From assembly GCA_946629635.1 (NCBI GenBank), contig CAMOYA010000002.1:10640-74639 (forward strand): a DNA stretch of 64,000 nt, in the 5' to 3' direction. Below are positions 38,075 to 47,076 of the stretch, piece by piece. The DNA is from an uncultured Clostridia bacterium (lineage in GTDB: Bacteria > Bacillota > Clostridia > Christensenellales > Aristaeellaceae). Positions within the stretch are counted from its first letter, which is position 1. Each line of letters begins with the position of its first letter. The notes beneath the pieces were generated by a model. The model made no database searches, was not told where the DNA came from, and saw only the letters and a program-made list of their open reading frames with translations. A program made the translations under genes and the position numbers.

Positions 38075-39055
38075 TCAGTACAGATCCGTCTGCGTCGCCG
38101 GAGAAGGCAGCTGCTGGGAATAGTTGCCAATAAATTCATTCATCATGTATCCGTAGGTATTTCCGATCTGGATATAGCTCCACCATTGACCGGGTGTCAC
38201 CACCGCAAGCGGCGTGCCGACCGCAAAGGATCTGACGACGCCATACTGCTTGCCGGGGCCGGTCCGCAGGTTCACATTCTTTCCGTTGGCGCTGGTAACG
38301 TAAGGACCGGATGGCGCAGGAGAAGGAGCAGGAGAAACGGATGAAAGGAATTCAGTCATCATATACCCGTTCTTTTCACGGATGCGGACATAGCTCCACT
38401 GGGATCCGATGGAAACCATCTGCACCTGCGTGCCGACAGGATAGACACCCAGGGAAGGATATGCCTTGGCCGGGCCGCTGCGAAGGTTTACACCCTTGCC
38501 GTTTCGGCTCGTAACCCACACGCTGCCCGCGTTGACGGGTTCCGTGGGAACGTCTGCCGGCTGAAGCGACGGATCGGAAGCGGTCAGGAACCGGCTCATC
38601 ATATAACCGGTTGAATTGCCGACACGGATACAGGACCATGTTGATCCGGCGGAAAGAATGGTACACCGGGTTCCCGGCGCGTAGGACGCAAGCACGGGAT
38701 ATCCGGTATCCGGACCTGTTCTCAGTCTGACGTTCAGTCCGTTTCCGCTGGTCACATAGGCAGTACTGCCTCCGGAAGACGGGCCTTCCTCCGTCACACG
38801 AAGATATTTACCCAGCATATATCCCTGCAGCCCGTCGGACGCAGTGACCCTGTACCATTCCCCGGCAGTCCCCGTAATGGTCACAACGGAACCGGTCGGA
38901 TAGCTTGCCTTAACCTTCGCATTGAAAGAAGGGCCGGAACGAAGGATCAGCCAGCCGCCCCTCACCGTTCCCTTCCGGACAGCAAGGGCTGAACACATGG
39001 GCATCATCAGCATCGTCACCAGAATGATCCAGGCAAACGCTCTTTTCGTCTTCAT
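38075..39055 (-). CDS. Secreted protein of four tandem SH3b domains
   Basis: Signal peptide and four repeats of (VTS.NG..V.)LR.GP...W..(I/V)....GYM. No catalytic domain. Confidence 0.85.
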   Translation of the reverse strand: MKTKRAFAWIILVTMLMMPMCSALAVRKGTVRGGWLILRSGPSFNAKVKASYPTGSVVTITGTAGEWYRVTASDGLQGYMLGKYLRVTEEGPSSGGSTAYVTSGNGLNVRLRTGPDTGYPVLASYAPGTRCTILSAGSTWSCIRVGNSTGYMMSRFLTASDPSLQPADVPTEPVNAGSVWVTSRNGKGVNLRSGPAKAYPSLGVYPVGTQVQMVSIGSQWSYVRIREKNGYMMTEFLSSVSPAPSPAPSGPYVTSANGKNVNLRTGPGKQYGVVRSFAVGTPLAVVTPGQWWSYIQIGNTYGYMMNEFIGNYSQQLPSPATQTDLY

Positions 39056-39157
39056 GAGAGTCTCTCCCTTCCTGGCGCGGGCAAGTCAGCGCGCACCATC
39101 TATATTGACGAATCAAACGGTGATTTGATTCCCGGAAAATGAAATGTTTTCAACGAC

Positions 39158-39181
39158 AAAACCCCTTCCGTCAGGAAGGGG
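39158..39181 (-). terminator. Intrinsic terminator after rpsT
   Basis: Stem CCCCTTCC/GGAAGGGG with a U tail on the minus strand. Confidence 0.7.
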
Positions 39182-39204
39182 AATTATCACACGCGTGCTC
39201 CAGC

Positions 39205-39471
39205 TCAGACAGCCGCAGCCTTGTTCAGCTGCTTGGCCAGGCGGGACTTTTTCCGATTGGCGGCATTCTTATGAATAACGCCCTTGGAAACAGCCTTATC
39301 GATCACGGCGGAAGTCGCGGACAACTGCTCTTTGGCATTGCTCGGATCAGCGGCAACTGCAGCATCGAACTTGCGGACAGCAGTACGCATACCGCTCTTG
39401 ACAATGCGGTTATGCAGATTCTTCTTTTCGCTGACCTTCACACGTTTCTTGGCGGACTGAATATTCGGCAA
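39205..39471 (-). CDS. rpsT: 30S ribosomal protein S20
   Basis: PNIQSAKKR...KGVIHKNAANRKKSRL. Confidence 0.98.
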   Translation of the reverse strand: MPNIQSAKKRVKVSEKKNLHNRIVKSGMRTAVRKFDAAVAADPSNAKEQLSATSAVIDKAVSKGVIHKNAANRKKSRLAKQLNKAAAV

Positions 39472-39653
39472 CCTGGTTCACCTCCCCTTAGGATGCTTAA
39501 AAAGCCATCGCTCAGTATAATAACATGCTTGTTGTCAAAATGCAAGCCTTTCTGCTGCTTTTTTCATCCTGTGATCCGAATTTTTTTCTTTGATATTTCA
39601 ATGTTTTCGTCTATAATGAATTCAGCCAGTCAGACGGGAGGAATCAAGGAATA

Positions 39654-40832
39654 TTGGCCAGGTTGCGTACGGGGATTCTGGGAGGAGCATTTGATCCGAT
39701 TCATCAGGGCCATATGCATGTCGCAGTCAGCGTGCTGGATTCAGGGCTTGTGGATCAGCTTCTGATCATGCCGACCGGTCATCCTGCGTATAAAGCCTGC
39801 ATGGCATGCGCGGAAGACCGCTGGAAGATGGTTGTTGCTGCTGCCAGTGCGGATAAGCGTCTGATTCCGTCCCGGATGGAAATCGATCGGACGGGCACAA
39901 TCTATTCAATCGATACCCTTCTCGCACTCAGGGATCTGATTCCTGATACGGATTTTTTCTATATTCTGGGTGAAGATGCAATGATGAACCTTCACAAGTG
40001 GCACCGGCTGAATGAGGTTGTTTCCCTCTGCAGCTTTCTGATCTGCAGGCGGCCGGATCATCCACTTGCGGATCAGGCAGAATCCGAAAAAAGGCGCCTG
40101 ATTTCCATGGGAGCACGCATCAGCGATTTCCGGATCGAGCCCGTCTCCGCTTCATCCACCGGAATCCGGGAAGCGCTCTCCCGCGGTGAAGCGCCTGCCG
40201 GTCTGTGCGTCCCCGTCCGCGAGTTCTGCCGCTGCAAGGGGCTCTATGGCGCGGCCGGCAAAATGGATGAAGCAGACCGATGGATCAATCAGCTTTTCGA
40301 TGCGCTGAAGCCGACTCGTTTTGCCCATTCGCTCAGCGTGGCGGATACATCACGGCTTCTCGCGCTCCGCTTCGGCGAGAATCCGCTTCAGGCTGAGCAG
40401 GCCGGGCTTCTGCATGACTGTGCAAAATGCCTTCCGCTCAGTGAGATGCAGAAGATCGCGCGGGATCATCAGCTGACGCAGGATGAATCCATTCTCAGTA
40501 CCGGTGCGCTGCTGCACTCCGTTGCAGGGGCATGGCTGGCCAGAGAAAGATACGGTGTAACGGATCCGGAAGTGCTGGAAGCCATCGCCTGGCACAATAC
40601 GGGTCATGTCGGGATGAGCCGTCTGGCCATGTGCGTCTGTCTCGCGGATTATATTGAACCGATGCGACGTGATATACCGCATCTTCAGGAAGTACGCGCC
40701 ATGGCTGAGTCATCGCTGGAACGTGCGTTGCTCCTGTCACTGGAAAACACATCCGATTATGTTCTGTCCAGAGGCGGGTTCCTTCATCCCAACACAACGG
40801 AAACCATCGCATGGCTGAAGACGCAGCTGTAA
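39654..40832 (+). CDS. nadD: Nicotinate-nucleotide adenylyltransferase fused to a YqeK HD-domain (Ap4A hydrolase-like) domain
   Basis: GGAFDPIHQGH and SSTGIR (NadD), then RFAHS, LLHDCAK, LLH, HNTG and ADYIEP (YqeK). TTG start after GGGAGG. Confidence 0.92.
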   Translation: MARLRTGILGGAFDPIHQGHMHVAVSVLDSGLVDQLLIMPTGHPAYKACMACAEDRWKMVVAAASADKRLIPSRMEIDRTGTIYSIDTLLALRDLIPDTDFFYILGEDAMMNLHKWHRLNEVVSLCSFLICRRPDHPLADQAESEKRRLISMGARISDFRIEPVSASSTGIREALSRGEAPAGLCVPVREFCRCKGLYGAAGKMDEADRWINQLFDALKPTRFAHSLSVADTSRLLALRFGENPLQAEQAGLLHDCAKCLPLSEMQKIARDHQLTQDESILSTGALLHSVAGAWLARERYGVTDPEVLEAIAWHNTGHVGMSRLAMCVCLADYIEPMRRDIPHLQEVRAMAESSLERALLLSLENTSDYVLSRGGFLHPNTTETIAWLKTQL

Positions 40833-40907
40833 TCCGGGTATTGCCCGGCAAATCAATCAGACCTGCCCTGATCAGCGGGCCGGTCCGGAAAAAGAAAGAG
40901 GGATTAT

Positions 40908-41282
40908 ATGCAGGATCAGGATCTCGTGATACGTCTTTCCCGGTTGCTCTATGACAAAAAGGCGCTGGATATTGTTGCTCTCAGGGTCGATCATCTGACA
41001 GTGCTGTGCGATTATATGGTCATTGCTTCCGGGCGGACGGCCAGCCAGGTGATTGCGCTGACGGACTCCGTGGACGAGATGATGGCGGCTGAAGGCTGTT
41101 CCCTTCGCCGCAGTGAAGGACAGCGCGAAGGCCGCTGGGCCGTCCTGGATTACGGGCACGTCATGGTTCATCTCTTTCATCGGGATGAACGGGCATTTTA
41201 CGGGCTGGACCGTCTCTGGAACGACGGCTCCAATTCCCTTGATCTTCCGTTTGATCAGTCGGAGGGCGAACCGCTTTTCTGA
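40908..41282 (+). CDS. rsfS: Ribosome silencing factor
   Basis: DKKALDI, DYMVIASG, WAVLDYG and FYGLDRLW. Confidence 0.95.
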   Translation: MQDQDLVIRLSRLLYDKKALDIVALRVDHLTVLCDYMVIASGRTASQVIALTDSVDEMMAAEGCSLRRSEGQREGRWAVLDYGHVMVHLFHRDERAFYGLDRLWNDGSNSLDLPFDQSEGEPLF

Positions 41283-42475
41283 CGAAGCATCAGAATGTGA
41301 TCCAGAATGGAATCAGCAAGCTTTCGCTTGCTCTGCAGCGGTTCCTCAATGCATCCTTCCGCTGTGATCAGCGTCGCAATATTCGTATCTGAATTGAAGC
41401 CGGCGCCCTTCTGTGTGACATCGTTCGCAACAATCATGTCCAGATTCTTTTTGCGCAGTTTCTGCTGCGCATTTTCATTTACATGATCTGTTTCCGCCGC
41501 AAATCCGACGAGCGTCTGTCCCGCTGCCTTTCTCTCCCCGACCGCTTTTGCAATGTCGGGATTCTCAACGAGTTTCAGGATTATCTGCTCTCCGCTTTTC
41601 TTCTTGATCTTGGTTTCGGCCACTTTTTCCGGGCGGTAATCCGCCACGGCTGCCGCCTGAATAATAATATCGTTCGAAGGGCATTCTGCCATCATGGCAT
41701 CCAGCAGATCCAGTGCGGATTCAATGGCGATGATGCGGACACCATTCGGGAGAGGCACGCTTACGTTTCCGCAGACCACCGTCACTTCTGCGCCGCGGTC
41801 TCTCGCTGCTTCCGCCAGTGCAAAGCCCATTTTGCCGCTGGAGTCATTGGTCAGGAAGCGAACGGGATCCAGGCGTTCCCGCGTGGCACCGGCGGTGATC
41901 AGGACACGTTTCCCTGCCAGATCCCGGGAAATATGCAGGATGCGTATGATTTCCCGGACGATTTCATCCGGTTCGCTCATCCTGCCGGCGCCTTCATCGC
42001 CGCAGGCCAGCATTCCGCTGTCAGGACCGATCCGGTGAACGCCTCTTTCCGTCAGAATGCGCATGTTTTCACGGGTTGCCTTTGCGGTCCACATGCCCGT
42101 GTTCATCGCCGGCGCGACAAGGATCGGTGCCCGGGTGGCAAGGACGGTGGTGGAAAGCATGTCGTCTGCGATACCGGCTGTCATCTTGGCGAGTATATTG
42201 GCAGTCGCCGGAGCAATCACGAAAAGATCCGCAAGCTTGGCCAGTGCCACATGCTCAACATTCCAGTATTCCGGCGAGGCAAATGTATCCGTCACCACCG
42301 GATTGGCGGAAAGCGTCTGAAAAGTCAGCGGAGAGACAAACTCCGTTGCATTCCGGGTCATGATCACATGGACACCGGCGCCCAGATGACGTAAACGGGA
42401 GACAATTTCCGCACTTTTGTATGCGGCAATGCCCCCCGTTACGCCCAGCACAATTTCCTTGCCGTTGAGATTCAT
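41255..42475 (-). CDS. coaBC: Phosphopantothenoylcysteine decarboxylase / phosphopantothenate-cysteine ligase
   Basis: GVTGGIAAYK, APAMN, TNDSSGKMG and VGFAAET. Start at MNLNGK. Confidence 0.96.
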   Translation of the reverse strand: MNLNGKEIVLGVTGGIAAYKSAEIVSRLRHLGAGVHVIMTRNATEFVSPLTFQTLSANPVVTDTFASPEYWNVEHVALAKLADLFVIAPATANILAKMTAGIADDMLSTTVLATRAPILVAPAMNTGMWTAKATRENMRILTERGVHRIGPDSGMLACGDEGAGRMSEPDEIVREIIRILHISRDLAGKRVLITAGATRERLDPVRFLTNDSSGKMGFALAEAARDRGAEVTVVCGNVSVPLPNGVRIIAIESALDLLDAMMAECPSNDIIIQAAAVADYRPEKVAETKIKKKSGEQIILKLVENPDIAKAVGERKAAGQTLVGFAAETDHVNENAQQKLRKKNLDMIVANDVTQKGAGFNSDTNIATLITAEGCIEEPLQSKRKLADSILDHILMLRQKSGSPSD

Positions 42476-42476
42476 C

Positions 42477-42695
42477 TCACTCCTGCTCCTCCTGATCCTG
42501 CGGATTGTCATATTCCAGGAGCCCGCGATTGATCTCCTCCACCGCAATCTTGAGCGGTTTCATCCCCGTTGCTTCGATCATGGGAACCGCACCGTTCACA
42601 ATTTCTCTTCCGCGCTTGCTGGCTTCCACCACAAGCGTATAGCGGCTTTCCGCATGTTTGAGCAGTTCCAGAACGCTAGGATCAACAATGGACAT
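42477..42695 (-). CDS. rpoZ: RNA polymerase omega subunit
   Basis: SRYTLVVEASKRGRE and KPLKIAVEEI. Canonical gmk-rpoZ-coaBC order. Confidence 0.93.
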   Translation of the reverse strand: MSIVDPSVLELLKHAESRYTLVVEASKRGREIVNGAVPMIEATGMKPLKIAVEEINRGLLEYDNPQDQEEQE

Positions 42696-42709
42696 TTGAT
42701 TATTCCTCC

Positions 42710-43312
42710 TTATTCTTCAACAACCGGAAAATACCGGACGGAATTCAGTTTTTCAGCCCGCACAATCGCCACCAGCTGATCAAAGGCGAGCTCCAGGTCA
42801 TCATTGACCACCAGATAGCGATAGCGGCCCATCTGTTCAATTTCCCCGCGGGCGTTATTCAGCCGGCGCTGGATTTCCTCCTCCTTCTCCGTGTTGCGGG
42901 AATGAAGACGAACCTTGAGGTCATGATAACTGGGCGGGAGAATAAAAACGCTGACGCATTCCTTTTCCCTTTCCATCACGGCGCGGGCACCCTGCGGGTC
43001 GATGTCGAGAAGCACGTTCTGCCCGCGCTCCATCCGTTCATAAACCTCGCTCTTCAGCGTCCCGTACCGGTGGCCATGCACACTGGCATGCTCCAGGAAG
43101 GCATCCGCCTCAAGCAGTTTATCATATTCTTCATCAGAAATAAAGTGGTAATGCACATCCTCTATTTCATTATCCCTCCGACCGCGGGTCGTCACGCTTA
43201 CGGAAAAGGCAAAGGTGGGATCCTTGTCCAGCAGTTTGGCTACCAATGTGCCCTTTCCGGCACCGGATGGACCGGAGATGACGAGCAGCATGCCCTTTCT
43301 GGTTTCCTTCAT
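42710..43312 (-). CDS. gmk: Guanylate kinase
   Basis: [18 protein letters not shown] and FILPPS. Confidence 0.97.
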   Translation of the reverse strand: MKETRKGMLLVISGPSGAGKGTLVAKLLDKDPTFAFSVSVTTRGRRDNEIEDVHYHFISDEEYDKLLEADAFLEHASVHGHRYGTLKSEVYERMERGQNVLLDIDPQGARAVMEREKECVSVFILPPSYHDLKVRLHSRNTEKEEEIQRRLNNARGEIEQMGRYRYLVVNDDLELAFDQLVAIVRAEKLNSVRYFPVVEE

Positions 43313-43572
43313 GAATCTTCCTCCCCGTTTCTCTTCTCTTCCGCCCGCGCTGCAACCGTCTCTGGCAGCAGCGGAGAAAGAATCACATGTCCGGAATCCA
43401 GCACCAGGACGGCGCGGGTCTTGTGCCCGCAGGTGGCATCAATCACGCGTCCCCCATCCCTGGCATCCTGCACCAGGCGGCGAATCGGAGCTGCTTCCGG
43501 AAATACAATCGCAATTAACCGGTTAATGGAAACCATGTTGCCATACCCGACATTGACCAGTTTCATCCGCAT
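43309..43572 (-). CDS. remA: RemA/DUF370 family regulator
   Basis: [14 protein letters not shown] and [12 protein letters not shown]. Confidence 0.88.
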   Translation of the reverse strand: MRMKLVNVGYGNMVSINRLIAIVFPEAAPIRRLVQDARDGGRVIDATCGHKTRAVLVLDSGHVILSPLLPETVAARAEEKRNGEEDS

Positions 43573-44445
43573 TTACTCCACATTCTGAATCTGTTCTCTC
43601 AGCTTTTCAATTTCGCTTTTCAGGTCAACGACAAGCTGTGCAATTCTGGCATCGGAAGCCTTGGAACCGATGGTATTGGCTTCCCGGTTCATCTCCTGAA
43701 TCAGAAAGTCCATTTTCTTGCCGATTTCTCCCGATGCTGACAGATAGGTGTTCATCTGGCGGATATGACTGTCCAGTCTGGACAGCTCCTCATCAATCGC
43801 GCATCTGTCCGCCATGAGCGCAACCTCCTGAGCCAGACGCTGCGGCTCAACCCCTTCGGAAATCATGGCTTTCAGCCGGTTCTCCAGCTTTTCGCGATAT
43901 TCAGTCACCACGGACGGCGCGACTTCAAGGATCCTAAGCCGCAGGTCCGCAGCCGCCGTCAGGTGGTACTGCAGATCATGCTGAAGGTTGATTCCCTCGC
44001 GCCTGCGCATCTCTGTCAGCTGCGCAATCGCTTCCGACACAGCATCACAGCAGATTGCGGAAACCAGTTCCTGATCCAACTCCTTTTCCGTAACCGTCAC
44101 AACGCCTTCCATCTGCATCAGACGACTCACGGTCATATCATTCTCGGTGCCTGTCATTTCCGCCATTTTCCGCGCCATCTGCATATAGGTTCCGGCAAGA
44201 TCATAATCCGCATCCGCACAGATGGAAGAAGCTTCCGTACGGCGAACAGTCAGATAAACGTCCAGATGTCCCCTGCGGATGCTCTCCCCGATCACTGTCC
44301 GGACCGTATTTTCCAGGAACGAAATGTTGCGCGGCAGGCGCATGCTGATATCCAGAAAGCGATGATTGACTGACCGGATCTCTGCAGTGACCTCCCAGCC
44401 GTCGCGAGCCGCACGGCCTGCGCCACATCCTGTCATACTGTGCAC
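43573..44445 (-). CDS. YicC/YloC family endoribonuclease
   Basis: SMTG, SVNHRFLD, EELSRL, QEMNREANTIGSK and REQIQNVE. GTG start. Confidence 0.93.
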   Translation of the reverse strand: MHSMTGCGAGRAARDGWEVTAEIRSVNHRFLDISMRLPRNISFLENTVRTVIGESIRRGHLDVYLTVRRTEASSICADADYDLAGTYMQMARKMAEMTGTENDMTVSRLMQMEGVVTVTEKELDQELVSAICCDAVSEAIAQLTEMRRREGINLQHDLQYHLTAAADLRLRILEVAPSVVTEYREKLENRLKAMISEGVEPQRLAQEVALMADRCAIDEELSRLDSHIRQMNTYLSASGEIGKKMDFLIQEMNREANTIGSKASDARIAQLVVDLKSEIEKLREQIQNVE

Positions 44446-44646
44446 GCTTCAAGCCCCTCCTTTGTATGATCCAGAAAATTATAGCATCGGCTCCGGCAAA
44501 ACGCAACCGGACTGCCTGGCAAAAAATGTTTGTGCATCCGGCACCGGTCATGATATAATTCATGTATCAACGACGTCCGGCATGTCTGAATGCTTCAGGA
44601 TGTCCGATCGTTTTCCAGACAGAATTTGAAAGGAGCACTTCAGAAA

Positions 44647-45714
44647 ATGAGAAGAAGAATCGGTATCCTGACCAGCGGCGGAGACTGTCCCGGTCTGAAT
44701 GCTGCGATCCGCGGCGTTGCCCGCGCGGCATATGAAATGTTCGATGCGGAGATTGTCGGTATTCATGACGGGTACCGCGGTCTGATTGAAGGCGATTATT
44801 CCGAGATGACCCGGAGCCAGTTCTCCGGCATTCTGACCCTCGGCGGCACGATTCTCGGAACAAGCCGCACACCTTTCCGGAACATGCGCGTCATCGGTGA
44901 CGACAATGTGGACAAGGTCGCCATGATGAAAAAAACCTATAAGGGCCTGCAGCTGGACTGCCTGATCACGCTGGGCGGAAACGGAACGCACAAGACTGCC
45001 AATCTGCTCGCCCAGGAAGGGTTGAATGTGATCGGTCTTCCCAAGACCATCGACAACGACCTTTACGGCACTGATTTTACATTCGGTTTTCACACGGCCA
45101 ATGATATCGCGACGGACGTGATTGACCGGATCCATTCCACCGCAGCCAGCCACGGCCGCTGCATGTGCATCGAAATCATGGGAAACAAAGCCGGCTGGCT
45201 GACGCTTTATTCCGGTGTCGCCGGCGGTGCGGACGTGATCCTGATTCCTGAGATCCCCTACGATATTGACAAAGTGGCGGAAGTAGTCAAGCGTCGTGCG
45301 GAAAGCAACAAGGGATTCACCATTATCGCCGTTGCGGAAGGCGCAATGGACAAGGATGAATCAAAGCTGAAGAAGAAGGAACGGGAAGCCCGCCGTGCTG
45401 CCGGTTTCTCCTCCAGCGCGTATCTGGCCAAACAGTTGCAGGAGAAGGTCGGGGTTGAAGCCAGAAGCGTCGTTCCCGGCCATATTCAGCGCGGTGGCAC
45501 ACCCAGCGCATACGACCGTGTGCTTTCCACGGAGTTCGGTGTTCATGCCGCAGAGCTGATTCGGGACGGGGTTTTCGGTGTGACGGTCGCGCTCAAGGGC
45601 AATGAAATTACACATAATCCGCTCAGTGAAGTTGCCGGCGTTGCCAAGCTTGTTCCGCCGGATCATCAGATGATCACCACGGCAAGGGATATCGGCATCA
45701 GCTTCGGCGATTGA
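44647..45714 (+). CDS. pfkA: 6-phosphofructokinase (Gly at the 104-equivalent position, so likely ATP-dependent)
   Basis: TSGGDCPGLN, GGTILGT, GGNGT, PKTIDND and GHIQRGG. Start at MRRRIG after AAGGAG. Confidence 0.94.
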   Translation: MRRRIGILTSGGDCPGLNAAIRGVARAAYEMFDAEIVGIHDGYRGLIEGDYSEMTRSQFSGILTLGGTILGTSRTPFRNMRVIGDDNVDKVAMMKKTYKGLQLDCLITLGGNGTHKTANLLAQEGLNVIGLPKTIDNDLYGTDFTFGFHTANDIATDVIDRIHSTAASHGRCMCIEIMGNKAGWLTLYSGVAGGADVILIPEIPYDIDKVAEVVKRRAESNKGFTIIAVAEGAMDKDESKLKKKEREARRAAGFSSSAYLAKQLQEKVGVEARSVVPGHIQRGGTPSAYDRVLSTEFGVHAAELIRDGVFGVTVALKGNEITHNPLSEVAGVAKLVPPDHQMITTARDIGISFGD

Positions 45715-45728
45715 TCCCTTTCGGCACG

Positions 45729-45767
45729 AACAGGGCTCCGACTCATCTGAATCGGAGCCCTGTTTTT
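45729..45767. terminator. Terminator between pfkA and the ArsC-like gene
   Basis: 13-bp perfect stem AACAGGGCTCCGA/TCGGAGCCCTGTT plus a T run. Confidence 0.85.
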
Positions 45768-46104
45768 ATTGCCAGGTGTCCCAGACATCCGGCTGGAAGC
45801 CTGATGTCACCTGATTGCCATTCCGGACGATCGGCGTATTCAGAAGCCATGGCGCCTCCTGAATCGCAGGTATCAGCAGTTCCTCCCGATCGTAATAGCA
45901 CGCAGGATGTTCCCTGACTCTTTTGTTTTCCCGGTCAATCAGTTGATCCATGCCGATCTGCCGGATCATCAGCCTGATTTCCCGCTCGCCCAGCCGGTGT
46001 TTTTTCAGATCCATGCTCTGAAACGGAATTCTCCGTTCCTTGAAATATCTTTCCGCCTTCTGAACCTCAAAATTCTTCTTATCACTGTAAATCTGGATGT
46101 TCAT
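45766..46104 (-). CDS. ArsC/Spx family protein
   Basis: MNIQIY...KAERYFKER...TPIVRNG...GF. The N-terminal Cys is absent. Confidence 0.8.
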   Translation of the reverse strand: MNIQIYSDKKNFEVQKAERYFKERRIPFQSMDLKKHRLGEREIRLMIRQIGMDQLIDRENKRVREHPACYYDREELLIPAIQEAPWLLNTPIVRNGNQVTSGFQPDVWDTWQ

Positions 46105-46107
46105 GAT

Positions 46108-47076
46108 TTACCTTTCTATGGTTCTCAGATCCTGGCCTGCCAGGGTGATCATCAGGCAGGTGTGCGGATTGTTCAGGCGGGAAACGATACGCTCGGTATA
46201 TCGTTCCCGCAGCTCCTTCAGGGTCAGATTGGTGGAAATAACGGTGGAACGGCTGCTTTCCTGCCTTTCATTGAGCAGGTTGAACATTTGTTCGACCGTA
46301 ATGCTCTTCATCATCGGTTCGCTGCCCAGGTCATCGATCATCAGAACGGGGACATTCATCAGTTCATCCATGCTGTCATCCGACTCGAAAAAGCTTTTCC
46401 GCGCAAGCTGGACAAACTGATATGCGCTGATAACCAGCACCTGCTTTCCCCGGGATATCAACCGGTCCGCCATCGCACGGATCAGGAAAGTTTTCCCCAG
46501 CCCGGATTCTCCGTTGATCAGCACATCACGATAGCCGGCATCCGGCCAGGCCTCAGCCCACCGGGCACATGCATCCCTGGCCATTATGGCCAGTTTGCGC
46601 TGCGTGATGCCGATATCCGGCAGAACGGAATCCGGAATCAGCTGCTCATCAAAATGTTCAAACGACTCCTTCCGGTCCCCTGTCAGTCCGATCGATTCTC
46701 TCAGTTTTCTGCTGTATGCTTCCTTCAGGCATGAACACGGTTCGCGGACGGGTTCCCCGACATAGCCCGTATCCCGACAGATCGGGCAGGTATACACAGG
46801 AGACAGATAGTCTTCCGGCAGGCCGGCACGGCAGAGCGCCTCCCGGATTTTCTGATTGACCTCCTGCATCCGTTCCGGAAGGTCCTGACCGTTGGCGTTT
46901 CCTGCCAGCATCTGCCGGATCGTACCGTGGATCAGGTTTTCCCTTTGCAGGACCAGCTGCTCGATTTCAGGGAACCGGGTCTGGATGGTCTTTCGGCGAT
47001 CCATCTCGGTCTGCTCATTCGCAAATCGGCGCTGCTCATACTCGCGATCCAGTTCAGAGAGAAGATCTTCACGCAT
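46108..47076 (-). CDS. DnaC/DnaI-type helicase-loader ATPase
   Basis: Zn motif CPICRDTG...CSC, Walker A GESGLGKT, Walker B IDDLG, STNL and RIVSRL. Follows the DnaD-domain gene. Confidence 0.85.
   Translation of the reverse strand: MREDLLSELDREYEQRRFANEQTEMDRRKTIQTRFPEIEQLVLQRENLIHGTIRQMLAGNANGQDLPERMQEVNQKIREALCRAGLPEDYLSPVYTCPICRDTGYVGEPVREPCSCLKEAYSRKLRESIGLTGDRKESFEHFDEQLIPDSVLPDIGITQRKLAIMARDACARWAEAWPDAGYRDVLINGESGLGKTFLIRAMADRLISRGKQVLVISAYQFVQLARKSFFESDDSMDELMNVPVLMIDDLGSEPMMKSITVEQMFNLLNERQESSRSTVISTNLTLKELRERYTERIVSRLNNPHTCLMITLAGQDLRTIER

Noticed and set aside
46108-47076. ATPase resembling IS21 IstB
   Set aside because: There is no IstA transposase or terminal repeat. It has the Zn motif and DnaD neighbour typical of the clostridial helicase loader.
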